From: Dictyostelium discoideum
Taxonomy: Eukaryota
Length of the DNA: 64,000 bases
Direction: 5' to 3'
NCBI GenBank assembly: GCA_000004695.1
Contig: CM000154.2
Span: 4,640,001-4,704,000 of the forward strand
Below the pieces are notes generated by a model that was given only the letters and a program-made list of their open reading frames with translations, searched no databases and was not told the DNA's origin. Numbering within the stretch: the stretch's first letter is position 1; each line of letters begins with the position of its first letter. Positions 11,901 to 25,400 of the stretch are shown here, piece by piece. The position numbers were made by a program, and so were the translations under genes.

Positions 11901-12247
11901 GATTAATTTTTTTTTATTATATTAATTTATTACATTAATTTTTTTTTTTTTATTCATTTTTTTATTATAAAATAGAATTGTTTAAAACATTTTCTTTTTT
12001 CAATTATATTTTTTTTAATAATTAATTATTATTATACTTATAAAATACATTTTTTCTATTTCAAATTATAATATTTATTATATATTATTAAAAATAATTA
12101 CAAAAAAAAAAAAATAATAAAATAAAAAAATAATTAAATTAACCACCCCCCCCACCAAAAAAAGAAAAAAAAAAAAAATAAACTATTAAAAGATTAGTGT
12201 AGTAATAATAATAATAAAAATAATAATAAAAAATATATATTTAGAAT
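9477..12247. promoter_or_regulatory. Divergent intergenic/promoter region shared by the halogenase (-) and PKS (+) genes
   Basis: 2.77 kb with no ORFs, flanked by divergently oriented start codons. Contains the homopolymers C12 (about 10786), G10 (about 11806) and a C-rich tract (about 12144). Confidence 0.6.
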
Positions 12248-14298
12248 ATGAACAACAACAAAAGTATAAACGATTTAAGTGGTAATAGCAACAACAACAT
12301 TGCAAACAGTAATATTAATAATTATAATAATTTAATTAAAAAGGAACCAATTGCAATTATTGGAATTGGTTGCAGATTCCCAGGAAACGTTTCAAATTAT
12401 TCCGATTTTGTTAATATAATTAAAAATGGTAGTGATTGTTTAACTAAAATTCCAGATGATAGATGGAATGCTGATATAATTTCAAGAAAACAATGGAAAT
12501 TAAATAATAGAATTGGCGGTTATTTAAAGAATATCGATCAATTTGATAATCAATTTTTTGGAATCTCACCAAAAGAAGCTCAACATATTGATCCACAACA
12601 AAGATTATTATTACATGTAAAGTATTAATTAATTTTATTTTTTTAAATCTATTTGGAAAGTAAAAAAAAAAAAAAACATATATAGATAAAAATAAATCTT
12701 TAAAATTTATTTTTATCTATATATGTTTTTTTTTTTTTTTTTTTTTTTTTTACTGAAAATTTTTATTTTTTTTTTATTTTTTTTTATTTTTTTTTTTTTT
12801 ACTTTCCAAATTTTTTTATTTTTTTCTAATTTTTTTTTTTTTTTTTTTTTTTTATTATTTCATTTTATTAAATAGCTTGCAATTGAAACATTAGAAGATG
12901 GAAAAATTAGTTTAGATGAAATTAAAGGTAAAAAAGTTGGAGTTTTTATTGGATCATCAAGTGGAGATTATTTGAGAGGATTTGATTCAAGTGAAATTAA
13001 TCAATTCACAACACCAGGAACCAATTCATCATTTTTAAGTAATAGATTATCCTATTTTTTAGATGTTAATGGACCAAGTATGACAGTGAATACAGCATGT
13101 TCAGCATCAATGGTAGCAATTCATTTAGGATTACAATCACTATGGAATGGTGAAAGTGAATTGTCAATGGTTGGTGGAGTGAATATTATTAGCTCACCGC
13201 TACAATCGTTGGATTTCGGTAAAGCAGGTTTACTAAATCAAGAGACCGATGGCAGGTGCTACTCTTTTGATCCACGTGCATCTGGATATGTTAGATCCGA
13301 AGGTGGAGGAATACTACTATTGAAGCCTTTATCCGCTGCCCTCAGAGACAATGATGAAATCTATTCATTACTTTTAAACTCTGCAAACAACTCCAATGGT
13401 AAAACACCAACTGGTATCACCTCACCAAGATCACTATGTCAAGAGAAATTGATTCAACAATTACTAAGAGAATCGTCAGACCAATTTAGTATTGACGATA
13501 TTGGCTATTTCGAATGTCATGGTACAGGCACACAAATGGGTGACCTCAATGAAATCACAGCAATTGGTAAATCGATTGGTATGTTAAAATCTCACGATGA
13601 TCCATTGATCATTGGTAGTGTGAAAGCCTCGATTGGCCATCTTGAGGGTGCAAGTGGTATTTGTGGTGTCATTAAATCAATCATTTGTTTAAAAGAGAAA
13701 ATCTTACCACAACAATGTAAATTCTCTTCTTATAATCCAAAAATACCATTTGAAACTTTAAATTTAAAAGTTTTAACAAAAACCCAACCTTGGAATAATT
13801 CAAAAAGAATTTGTGGTGTAAATTCATTTGGTGTTGGTGGTTCAAATTCAAGTTTATTTTTATCATCATTTGATAAATCAACAACAATAACAGAACCAAC
13901 AACAACAACAACAATTGAATCATTACCATCATCGTCATCATCTTTTGATAATTTATCAGTATCAAGTTCAATATCAACAAATAATGATAATGATAAAGTT
14001 AGCAATATTGTTAACAATAGATATGGCAGTAGTATTGATGTTATTACGTTATCAGTTACATCACCAGATAAAGAAGATTTAAAGATTAGAGCAAATGATG
14101 TTTTAGAATCAATTAAAACTTTAGATGATAATTTTAAAATTAGAGATATTTCAAATTTAACAAATATTAGAACAAGTCATTTTTCAAATAGAGTTGCCAT
14201 CATTGGTGATTCAATCGATTCAATTAAATTAAATTTACAATCATTTATTAAGGGTGAAAATAATAATAATAAATCAATAATATTACCTTTAATTAATA

Positions 14299-14331
<33 letters not shown>

Positions 14332-16012
14332 GTAGTGGTAGTAGTAGTAGTAGTAGTAATAATAATAATATTTGTTTTATATTTTCAGGTCAAGGTCAAC
14401 AATGGAATAAAATGATATTCGATTTATATGAAAATAATAAAACATTTAAAAATGAAATGAATAATTTTAGTAAACAATTTGAAATGATTTCAGGTTGGTC
14501 AATTATTGATAAATTATATAATAGTGGTGGTGGTGGTAATGAAGAATTAATTAATGAAACTTGGTTAGCACAACCATCAATTGTTGCAGTTCAATATTCA
14601 TTAATTAAATTATTTTCAAAAGATATTGGTATTGAAGGTTCAATTGTGTTGGGACATAGTTTAGGTGAATTGATGGCAGCTTATTATTGTGGTATCATTA
14701 ATGATTTCAATGATCTATTGAAATTGTTATATATTAGATCAACACTTCAAAATAAAACCAATGGTAGTGGAAGAATGCATGTTTGTTTATCTTCAAAAGC
14801 AGAGATTGAACAATTGATCTCTCAATTAGGATTCAATGGTAGAATCGTAATTTGTGGTAATAACACCATGAAATCATGTACAATCTCTGGTGATAATGAA
14901 TCAATGAATCAATTCACAAAGTTAATATCATCACAACAGTATGGTTCGGTGGTGCATAAAGAGGTTCGTACAAATTCAGCATTTCATTCTCATCAAATGG
15001 ATATTATCAAAGATGAATTCTTTAAATTGTTTAATCAATACTTTCCAACCAACCAAATCAGTACAAATCAAATCTACGATGGTAAATCATTTTATTCAAC
15101 TTGTTATGGTAAATATTTAACACCGATTGAATGTAAACAATTATTATCATCACCAAATTATTGGTGGAAAAATATCAGAGAATCAGTATTATTCAAAGAA
15201 TCAATTGAACAAATCTTACAAAATCATCAACAATCTTTAACATTTATTGAAATTACTTGTCATCCAATTTTAAATTATTTTTTAAGTCAATTATTAAAAT
15301 CATCAAGTAAATCAAACACATTACTTTTATCAACACTTTCAAAGAATTCAAATTCAATTGATCAATTATTAATATTATGTTCAAAATTATATGTTAATAA
15401 TTTATCATCAATTAAATGGAATTGGTTTTATGATAAACAACAACAACAGCAATCAGAAAGTTTAGTATCATCAAATTTTAAATTACCAGGTAGAAGATGG
15501 AAACTTGAAAAATATTGGATTGAAAATTGTCAAAGACAAATGGATAGAATTAAACCACCAATGTTTATATCATTAGATAGAAAGTTATTCTCTGTTACAC
15601 CATCATTTGAAGTTAGATTAAATCAAGATAGATTTCAATATTTAAATGATCATCAAATTCAAGATATTCCATTGGTACCATTTTCATTCTATATTGAATT
15701 GGTTTATGCTTCAATATTTAATTCAATCTCAACTACCACCACCAACACCACAGCATCAACAATGTTTGAAATTGAAAATTTTACAATTGATAGTTCAATT
15801 ATAATTGATCAAAAGAAATCAACTTTAATTGGTATTAATTTTAATTCTGATTTAACTAAATTTGAAATTGGTAGTATTAATAGCATTGGTAGTGGTAGTA
15901 GTAGTAATAATAATTTTATTGAAAATAAATGGAAAATTCATTCAAATGGTATAATTAAATATGGTACAAATTATTTAAAATCAAATTCAAAATCAAATTC
16001 ATTTAATGAATC

Positions 16013-16047
<35 letters not shown>

Positions 16048-19000
16048 AATGTTTTAAATCATTTAATTCAAATGAATTTTATAATGAAATTATTAAATAT
16101 AATTATAATTACAAGAGTACTTTTCAATGTGTTAAAGAGTTTAAACAATTTGATAAACAAGGTACATTCTATTATTCAGAGATTCAATTCAAAAAGAATG
16201 ATAAACAAGTCATTGATCAATTATTATCAAAACAATTACCAAGTGATTTTAGATGTATTCATCCATGTTTATTAGATGCAGTTTTACAATCTGCTATCAT
16301 ACCAGCAACAAATAAAACTAATTGTAGTTGGATACCAATTAAAATTGGTAAATTATCTGTAAATATACCTTCAAATTCATATTTTAATTTTAAAGATCAA
16401 TTATTATATTGTTTAATTAAACCATCAACATCAACATCAACATCACCATCAACATACTTTTCATCTGATATTCAAGTATTTGATAAAAAGAATAATAATT
16501 TAATTTGTGAATTAACAAATTTAGAATTTAAAGGTATTAATTCATCATCATCATCATCATCATCATCATCTACAATAAATTCAAATGTTGAAGCTAATTA
16601 TGAATCAAAAATTGAAGAAACTAATCATGATGAGGATGAGGATGAAGAATTACCATTAGTTTCAGAATATGTTTGGTGTAAAGAAGAATTAATTAATCAA
16701 TCAATTAAATTTACAGATAATTATCAAACTGTTATTTTCTGTTCAACAAATTTAAATGGTAATGATTTATTAGATAGTATTATAACAAGTGCATTAGAGA
16801 ATGGTCATGATGAGAATAAGATATTCATTGTTTCACCACCACCAGTCGAATCGGATCAATATAATAATCGTATCATTATAAATTATACAAATAATGAATC
16901 TGATTTCGATGCTTTATTCGCAATCATTAATTCAACAACTTCAATCAGTGGAAAGAGTGGTTTATTTTCAACACGTTTTATCATTTTACCAAATTTTAAT
17001 TCAATTACTTTTTCAAGTGGTAATTCAACTCCATTAATAACTAATGTCAATGGTAATGGTAATGGTAAGAGTTGTGGTGGTGGTGGTGGTAGTACAAATA
17101 ACACAATTTCAAATTCATCATCATCAATATCAAGTATTGATAATGGTAATAATGAAGATGAAGAAATGGTATTAAAATCATTTAATGATTCAAATTTATC
17201 ATTATTCCATTTACAAAAATCAATTATTAAAAATAATATTAAAGGTAGATTATTTTTAATTACAAATGGTGGTCAATCAATTTCAAGCTCAACTCCAACC
17301 TCAACATATAATGATCAATCATATGTTAATCTATCACAATATCAATTAATTGGTCAAATTAGAGTATTTTCAAATGAATATCCAATTATGGAATGTTCAA
17401 TGATTGATATTCAAGATTCAACTAGAATTGATTTAATTACTGATCAATTAAATTCAACAAAGTTATCAAAACTTGAAATTGCATTTAGAGATAATATTGG
17501 TTATAGTTATAAATTATTAAAACCATCAATTTTTGATAATTCTTCATTGCCATCATCATCATCAGAAATAGAAACAACAGCAACAACAAAAGATGAAGAA
17601 AAAAATAATTCAATAAATTATAATAATAATTATTATAGAGTTGAATTATCTGATAATGGTATAATTTCAGATTTAAAGATTAAACAATTTAGACAAATGA
17701 AATGTGGTGTTGGTCAAGTTTTAGTTAGAGTTGAAATGTGTACTTTAAATTTTAGAGATATTCTTAAATCATTAGGTCGTGATTATGATCCAATTCATTT
17801 AAATTCAATGGGTGATGAATTCTCTGGTAAAGTCATTGAAATTGGTGAAGGTGTTAATAATTTATCAGTTGGTCAATATGTTTTTGGTATAAATATGTCA
17901 AAATCAATGGGTAGTTTTGTTTGTTGTAATTCTGATTTAGTATTTCCAATTCCAATTCCAACTCCATCATCATCATCATCATCAAATGAAAATATTGATG
18001 ATCAAGAAATTATTTCAAAATTATTAAATCAATATTGTACAATACCAATTGTATTTTTAACATCATGGTATAGTATTGTAATTCAAGGTAGATTAAAAAA
18101 AGGTGAGAAAATTTTAATACATTCAGGATGTGGTGGTGTTGGTTTAGCAACTATTCAAATTTCAATGATGATTGGTGCTGAAATTCATGTTACAGTTGGT
18201 TCAAATGAAAAGAAACAATATTTAATCAAAGAGTTTGGCATTGATGAGAAGAGAATCTATTCATCAAGATCATTGCAATTCTATAATGATTTAATGGTGA
18301 ATACTGATGGTCAAGGTGTTGATATGGTTTTAAATTCATTGTCTGGTGAATATTTAGAGAAATCAATTCAATGTTTATCCCAGTATGGTAGATTCATTGA
18401 AATTGGTAAAAAAGATATTTACTCGAATTCAAGTATTCATTTAGAACCATTTAAAAATAATTTATCATTTTTCGCAGTTGATATTGCACAAATGACAGAA
18501 AATCGTAGAGATTATCTAAGAGAGATAATGATCGATCAGCTATTACCATGTTTTAAAAATGGTTCTTTGAAACCATTGAATCAACATTGTTTCAATTCAC
18601 CTTGTGATCTTGTTAAAGCCATTAGATTCATGTCATCCGGTAATCATATTGGTAAAATCTTAATCAATTGGTCCAATTTAAATAATGATAAACAATTCAT
18701 TAATCATCATTCAGTTGTTCATTTACCAATTCAATCATTTTCTAATAGATCAACTTATATTTTCACTGGTTTTGGTGGTTTAACTCAAACATTATTAAAA
18801 TATTTTTCAACAGAATCTGATTTAACAAATGTTATAATAGTTAGTAAAAATGGTTTAGATGATAATAGTGGTAGTGGTAGTGGTAATAATGAAAAATTAA
18901 AATTAATTAATCAATTAAAAGAATCTGGTTTAAATGTATTGGTTGAAAAATGTGATTTGTCATCAATTAAACAAGTTTATAAATTATTTAACAAGATTTT

Positions 19001-21413
19001 TGATAATGATGCTAGTGGTAGTGATAGTGGTGATTTTAGTGATATTAAAGGTATTTTCCATTTTGCATCATTGATTAATGATAAAAGAATTTTAAAACAT
19101 AATTTAGAATCATTTAATTATGTTTATAATAGTAAGGCTACTAGTGCTTGGAATTTACATCAAGTTTCATTAAAATATAATTTAAATTTGGATCATTTCC
19201 AAACTATTGGTTCAGTCATTACAATTCTTGGTAATATTGGTCAAAGCAATTACACTTGTGCAAATAGATTCGTTGAAGGTTTAACTCATTTACGTATTGG
19301 TATGGGTTTGAAATCAAGTTGTATTCATTTAGCTTCTATACCTGATGTTGGTATGGCTTCAAATGATAATGTTTTAAATGATTTAAATTCAATGGGTTTT
19401 GTGCCATTCCAATCACTCAATGAAATGAATTTAGGTTTTAAGAAATTATTATCATCACCAAATCCAATCGTTGTACTTGGTGAAATTAATGTTGATAGAT
19501 TCATTGAAGCAACTCCAAACTTTAGAGCAAAAGATAATTTCATTATTACTTCATTATTTAATCGTATTGATCCTTTACTATTAGTAAATGAAAGTCAAGA
19601 TTTTATTATTAATAATAATATTAATAATAATGGTGGTGGCGGCGATGGTAGTTTTGATGATTTAAATCAATTAGAAGATGAAGGACAACAAGGATTTGGT
19701 AATGGTGATGGTTATGTTGATGATAATATTGATAGTGTTTCAATGCTATCTGGAACATCATCTATTTTTGATAATGATTTCTATACTAAATCAATTAGAG
19801 GTATGCTTTGTGATATTTTAGAATTAAAAGATAAAGATTTAAATAATACAGTATCATTTAGTGACTATGGTTTAGATTCATTACTATCAAGTGAATTATC
19901 AAACACAATTCAAAAGAATTTCAGTATATTAATTCCAAGTTTAACTTTAGTTGATAATTCAACCATTAATTCAACTGTTGAATTAATTAAAAATAAATTA
20001 AAGAATTCAACAACTTCTTCAATTTCTTCAAGTGTATCTAAAAAAGTTTCATTTAAAAAAAATACTCAACCATTAATTATACCAACAACAGCACCAATAT
20101 CAATAATTAAAACACAAAGTTATATCAAATCTGAAATTATTGAATCATTACCAATTAGTAGTAGTACAACTATTAAACCATTGGTATTTGATAATTTAGT
20201 TTATAGTAGTAGTAGTAGTAATAATAGTAATTCTAAAAATGAATTAACATCACCACCACCAAGTGCAAAGAGAGAATCAGTTTTACCAATAATATCAGAA
20301 GATAATAATAGTGATAACGATTCGTCAATGGCAACAGTAATTTATGAAATTTCACCAATTGCTGCACCATATCATAGATATCAAACTGATGTATTAAAAG
20401 AGATTACACAATTAACACCACATAAAGAGTTTATTGATAATATTTATAAGAAATCAAAGATTAGATCAAGATATTGTTTCAATGATTTCTCTGAGAAATC
20501 AATGGCTGATATTAATAAATTGGATGCAGGTGAAAGAGTTGCACTCTTTAGAGAACAAACTTATCAAACAGTTATCAATGCAGGTAAAACAGTGATAGAG
20601 AGAGCTGGTATTGATCCAATGTTAATTAGTCATGTCGTTGGTGTCACTAGTACTGGTATTATGGCACCCTCTTTCGATGTGGTACTCATTGATAAATTGG
20701 GTCTATCAATTAATACTAGTAGAACTATGATCAATTTCATGGGTTGTGGTGCCGCTGTCAATTCAATGAGAGCTGCCACTGCTTATGCTAAATTAAAACC
20801 TGGTACTTTTGTATTGGTGGTTGCAGTGGAGGCATCGGCAACCTGTATGAAATTCAATTTCGATAGTCGTAGTGATCTATTATCACAAGCTATCTTTACC
20901 GATGGTTGTGTAGCTACGTTGGTAACTTGTCAACCAAAATCATCATTAGTTGGTAAATTGGAAATCATCGATGACTTGTCCTATTTAATGCCAGATTCAA
21001 GAGACGCTTTAAATCTATTCATTGGTCCAACTGGTATTGATTTAGATTTACGTCCTGAATTACCAATTGCAATCAATAGACATATCAATAGTGCTATTAC
21101 AAGTTGGTTGAAAAAGAATTCACTTCAAAAGAGTGATATCGAATTCTTTGCTACTCATCCTGGTGGTGCTAAAATCATTTCTGCCGTTCATGAAGGGTTA
21201 GGTTTATCACCAGAAGATCTATCAGATTCTTATGAAGTTATGAAAAGATATGGTAATATGATAGGTGTTTCAACTTATTATGTTTTACGTAGAATTTTAG
21301 ATAAAAATCAAACATTACTTCAAGAAGGTTCTTTAGGTTATAATTATGGTATGGCTATGGCCTTTTCACCTGGTGCTTCAATTGAAGCAATTTTATTTAA
21401 ATTAATTAAATAA
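12248..21413 (+). CDS. stlB: Steely-type hybrid polyketide synthase (type I KS-AT-DH-ER-KR-ACP fused to a C-terminal type III PKS). Exons 12248..12616 and 12876..21413 give 2968 codons.
   Basis: KS: TACSASMV (active-site Cys), ECHGTGT, GSVKASIGHLEGASG. AT: GHSLGE. ER: IHSGCGGVGLATIQ. KR Rossmann: FTGFGGLTQ. ACP: DYGLDSLLSSEL. Type III PKS: MGCGAAVNSMR (Cys), FFATHPGGAKII (His), GNMIGVST (Asn). The intron donor cat|gtaaag (12617) and acceptor aatag| (12875) restore the KS motif RLLLH|LAIETLEDG. The symbol stlB rather than stlA is inferred from the computed length (2968 codons, which I recall as the length of Steely2) and from halogenase adjacency. Confidence 0.8.
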
Positions 21414-21419
21414 AATTAA

Positions 21420-21530
<111 letters not shown>

Positions 21531-21721
21531 TAATAATAAATAATATAATAATAAATAATATAAAACAAATAAAAATTATTAAATTTCATTTATTTAATAA
21601 ATTAAAAATAAAAATAAAATTCTATTTTATTTCTTTATTTTTTTTTTTTTTCGAGCTAACTTATCTAGATTATTTCTTCGATTCCTCCCTCTATTATGAT
21701 CAATACTAAAAATTCGAAAAT

Positions 21722-21756
<35 letters not shown>

Positions 21757-21775
21757 CGACTTTTATTCAGTATAG

Positions 21776-21807
<32 letters not shown>

Positions 21808-22420
21808 AATCACTGAACATCCTTATACAAAAAATATAAAAAAAAAAAAATTATTTTATTTTTGCTTTTTTTTTTAATAATAGTTATTATTTATCTTTTA
21901 TTTCGTTCCATTTATTTTAATTGTTTATAATTGAAAAACAAAAAAATAAAAAATAATATGACATGTCTGAAAAGAGTGATCTCTGTTAAAAAAAAATGAA
22001 AAAAATAGAAAAAGCTCGTCCTGAAATTTTTTAATTTGTATAATATTGTCTTTATGAATTTAAAGGGCCACAGAAAAAAAAAAATAAAAAAATAAAAAAA
22101 ATAAATATGCACTAACTGAAAAGATTGACATTTTTACGAAAATAGTCTACAAAATGATACCTTTTTTTAATTAAAATTTTTCTGGGATATGGTCCAGCCC
22201 GAAAAATAAGATATTTATTTTCTCAACCCCATGTTAATCGAATCTTAAAAATTTGGTGATGATTTGGTTTGCTGCAAAAAAAAAAAAAAAAAAAAATAAT
22301 AAAAAAAAAATAAAAATAAAAAAATGGTGAAAAAAAAAGAAAAAAAAAAAAAGAAAAAAAGGAAAAACATATTGAAGAAGTAAACAAAAAAAATAAAAAT
22401 AAAAATAAAAAACATATATA

Positions 22421-25400
22421 ATGATGAATAAAATAGTTTATTTATTATTTTTTTTTATAATTTTAAATGTCGGATTTGTGTATTCAAAATTTGACATATT
22501 TGATATAACACCACAAAATAAACAAATTTCATACCCAGAAAGTTACTCAAGCCACCAATGCGCCATTTATAAATATATTTTAGTAAAAAATACAACACAA
22601 CCAGAAAGTATAGATAATATTAATCCAGCGAGTTTCTTTTTAACTTCCAATAGTGATAGTGCTATTTATTACCACTATTTGGTATTGGAGTTTGGAAAAG
22701 AACAACAAATCAATTTTACTGTTAATGGAATGGATACTGAAACTGGTTATCTAACAGTTAATTGTATTTGTAAAGGTAATTTATTTTTTATTGTTTTTTA
22801 TTTTATTGTTTTTTCACCCTTTTTCATCCTCCATTTTTTATTAAAGTACTAGTAACAGTTATTTGTTATCAACCAAATTTCAAAAAAAAAAAAAAAAAAA
22901 AAAAAATTATCTAATTTGGTAAAACAATAAATAAAAACATATTAATTTAGTTTTATTTTTTTTTTTAAAAAAAAGAGATAAATGTTTCATTGATTACAAT
23001 AGATATTATACAAAGCGTAACATGGAGTGATCATTTAAAGTATTCATCAATTGTTAGATTAAATGGAGTTCCAGATGAAAGTCCAAATCCAGGTGTTGAT
23101 GGTGTAATATTAAATAGATTGGGAAATTCATTATTCCAAATTCTTTATAAAGAAATTTATTACACCAAAATATCACCAAACCAACTCCAATGGGATATTG
23201 ATTTAGAATTTACAAATAAACAAATTTTAAAAGTTTCAGTTCCATTAAATCAATCAAGTAAGTTATTATTTTTTTTTTATCTCTCTCCAAAACTAGGATA
23301 TCCAATTATTAACCATACTTTAAAATTAAAATTAAACAAAAAGATATTGGACAAATTAATAATGTATTTGGATTTGAAGTTTATAAACAAAATAATTATC
23401 AATATAATGGTTTTTTTGGAGGTGGTTTATTATTTAAATCAAATTCTTCTATTCAAAGACCAATTTATACAGTTCTTTCACTCGTGAGTCCTTATTATTT
23501 TACAATGACACCTATTTCTGGAGTATTTCAAAATGTAACATATTATTTAAACCTTTTCCCAATTGCACCATTTAATCAAAGTTTTTCATTAAACTCTCAA
23601 AATGAAGATCTTTCTTTTGAAATTAAATATGAAACTTTTATAGAATTTATAAGTAAGTTTTCTTTCTTTTTTTTTTTTTTTTTTTTTTATCTAAAATTTA
23701 AAAAATTAATAATATGTATTTAAAATTTAATTTAAACTAGGTCAATCTGTTTCTGCATATTCACCAGCCACTCTTAGATATGATAACAGCTCTAGTTCAA
23801 TTGTATTTTATACAGGTTATTTTGATGGTGTTTCTCCTTATGACTTTAGATCATTTAAATGTAAGTCAAAAGGATTATTTGATTATGGAATAAACTATGC
23901 CTTCCCATTTGGATTTGTAAGTGGTAATAACGAGAATTCAGGAATGGGTATTTCAATACCAATGTCTCCAATTTCATCAAAGGATAAATTTGAATTCACA
24001 TATGATAGTATTAATGTTCCAATTGATGTTTTTTATACATTAGGTAAGTTTATTAAAAAAAAAAAAAAAAAAATTAGATAAATCAGTTTTATTAATATCC
24101 ATTAAATTTAATTTTTTTTTAAAAAAAAAGTTGATTCAAAACCATATCCATATATAACATCAATGGAAAAGATAAATATATATGGATTTAAATATATAGT
24201 AATTATAAATGCATATGATTCTTTTGGTGTAAAATATATCCATACAAGTGTGAATGGAGCATATATTAGAATTGGAACAGAATCATTGGTAAATGGAGAT
24301 AATAAAAATGGAGTTTGGGAATTTTTACATGATGGAGTTAAATTGGGAAGTGATTACGTTAATTCATTTACCATTGAAAATTTTTACGATTTAAAACAAG
24401 AATATCAACCATCCTATCCTTTTTCAACTTCAAATATTGACCAAACATTAGTTTTACCAGAAATTAAATTAAGTGGTATGTATTATTTAATTTAATTTAT
24501 AAAAATAATCTTAATTTAACTTTTATGATTTATTAATTTAATTTAATTTTTTTAAAAAAAAAAAGATAAAATTAATTTTTATAATGATATAAAAGATATT
24601 ACATTTAAGTTTAATAATGTTCATATTACAAATCAAAGTGTAGATAATATTTTATATTTTACATTTGATAATATTGAAAATTATAAAGATTTATCTATTG
24701 GTTTTTCATTAAATGACCCAAAATCATTAAAAGATATGAATTATCAAAGAGATATTAATAATCAAGTAAATTTTAATGATTATACATTTGCTCAATGGGA
24801 TGAATCAAATAGTAGATTTAGTGTTATGTTTAAAATGCCAGCAAATGTTATTCCAGGTGTATTAGATTGGTCATTAACTTTTTCAAAATATTATTCACTT
24901 ATTAGTACTGCTTTACCAGATCAATATCAATTAAAAGTAGTTTCAGAAAATATTGATATCATTGGTCCAATTGTAACAAAGGTTATTAAAAAAACTCCAA
25001 CTGATTTCGGAACTTTAAATGTTGGTTGGTTATTAACAATTGAAGATGAAATTAATGGTTTACTAAATGGTTTTATTACAATTAGAGGTGTTTTAGATTC
25101 ATCAGTATACAATTTCACAATTACACCATTAACAGCAGTAATTGGAAGTGGTGATAAATGGAAAGCAGATTATTTAATTTCAATTCCTTTAGATGGTAGT
25201 TTAAATAATTATGGTTGTATTATTCAAGATTATAGAATTTCAGATTTAAAACTTGTTGATTCATTTGGTAATACAAATTCTTATAACCATAATGTTAAAG
25301 CTAATGATGGTTCTTTAGACTATTCTTTATTTCAACGTCCAAATCCATTTTACTTATTTGATTTAAGCGAATTGACATTTTCAATTGATAATACAATGTG

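Noticed and set aside
13681-14017. Minus-strand ORFs 13681..13980 and 13730..14017 (also 16883..17104 and 19325..19543) inside the PKS gene
   Set aside because: Antisense to the uninterrupted 8.5-kb PKS exon; they coincide with its poly-Ser/Asn coding tracts.
21677-21690. tRNA T-arm-like 'tcttcgattcc'
   Set aside because: No acceptor stem, D-arm or anticodon arm can be drawn around it on either strand.
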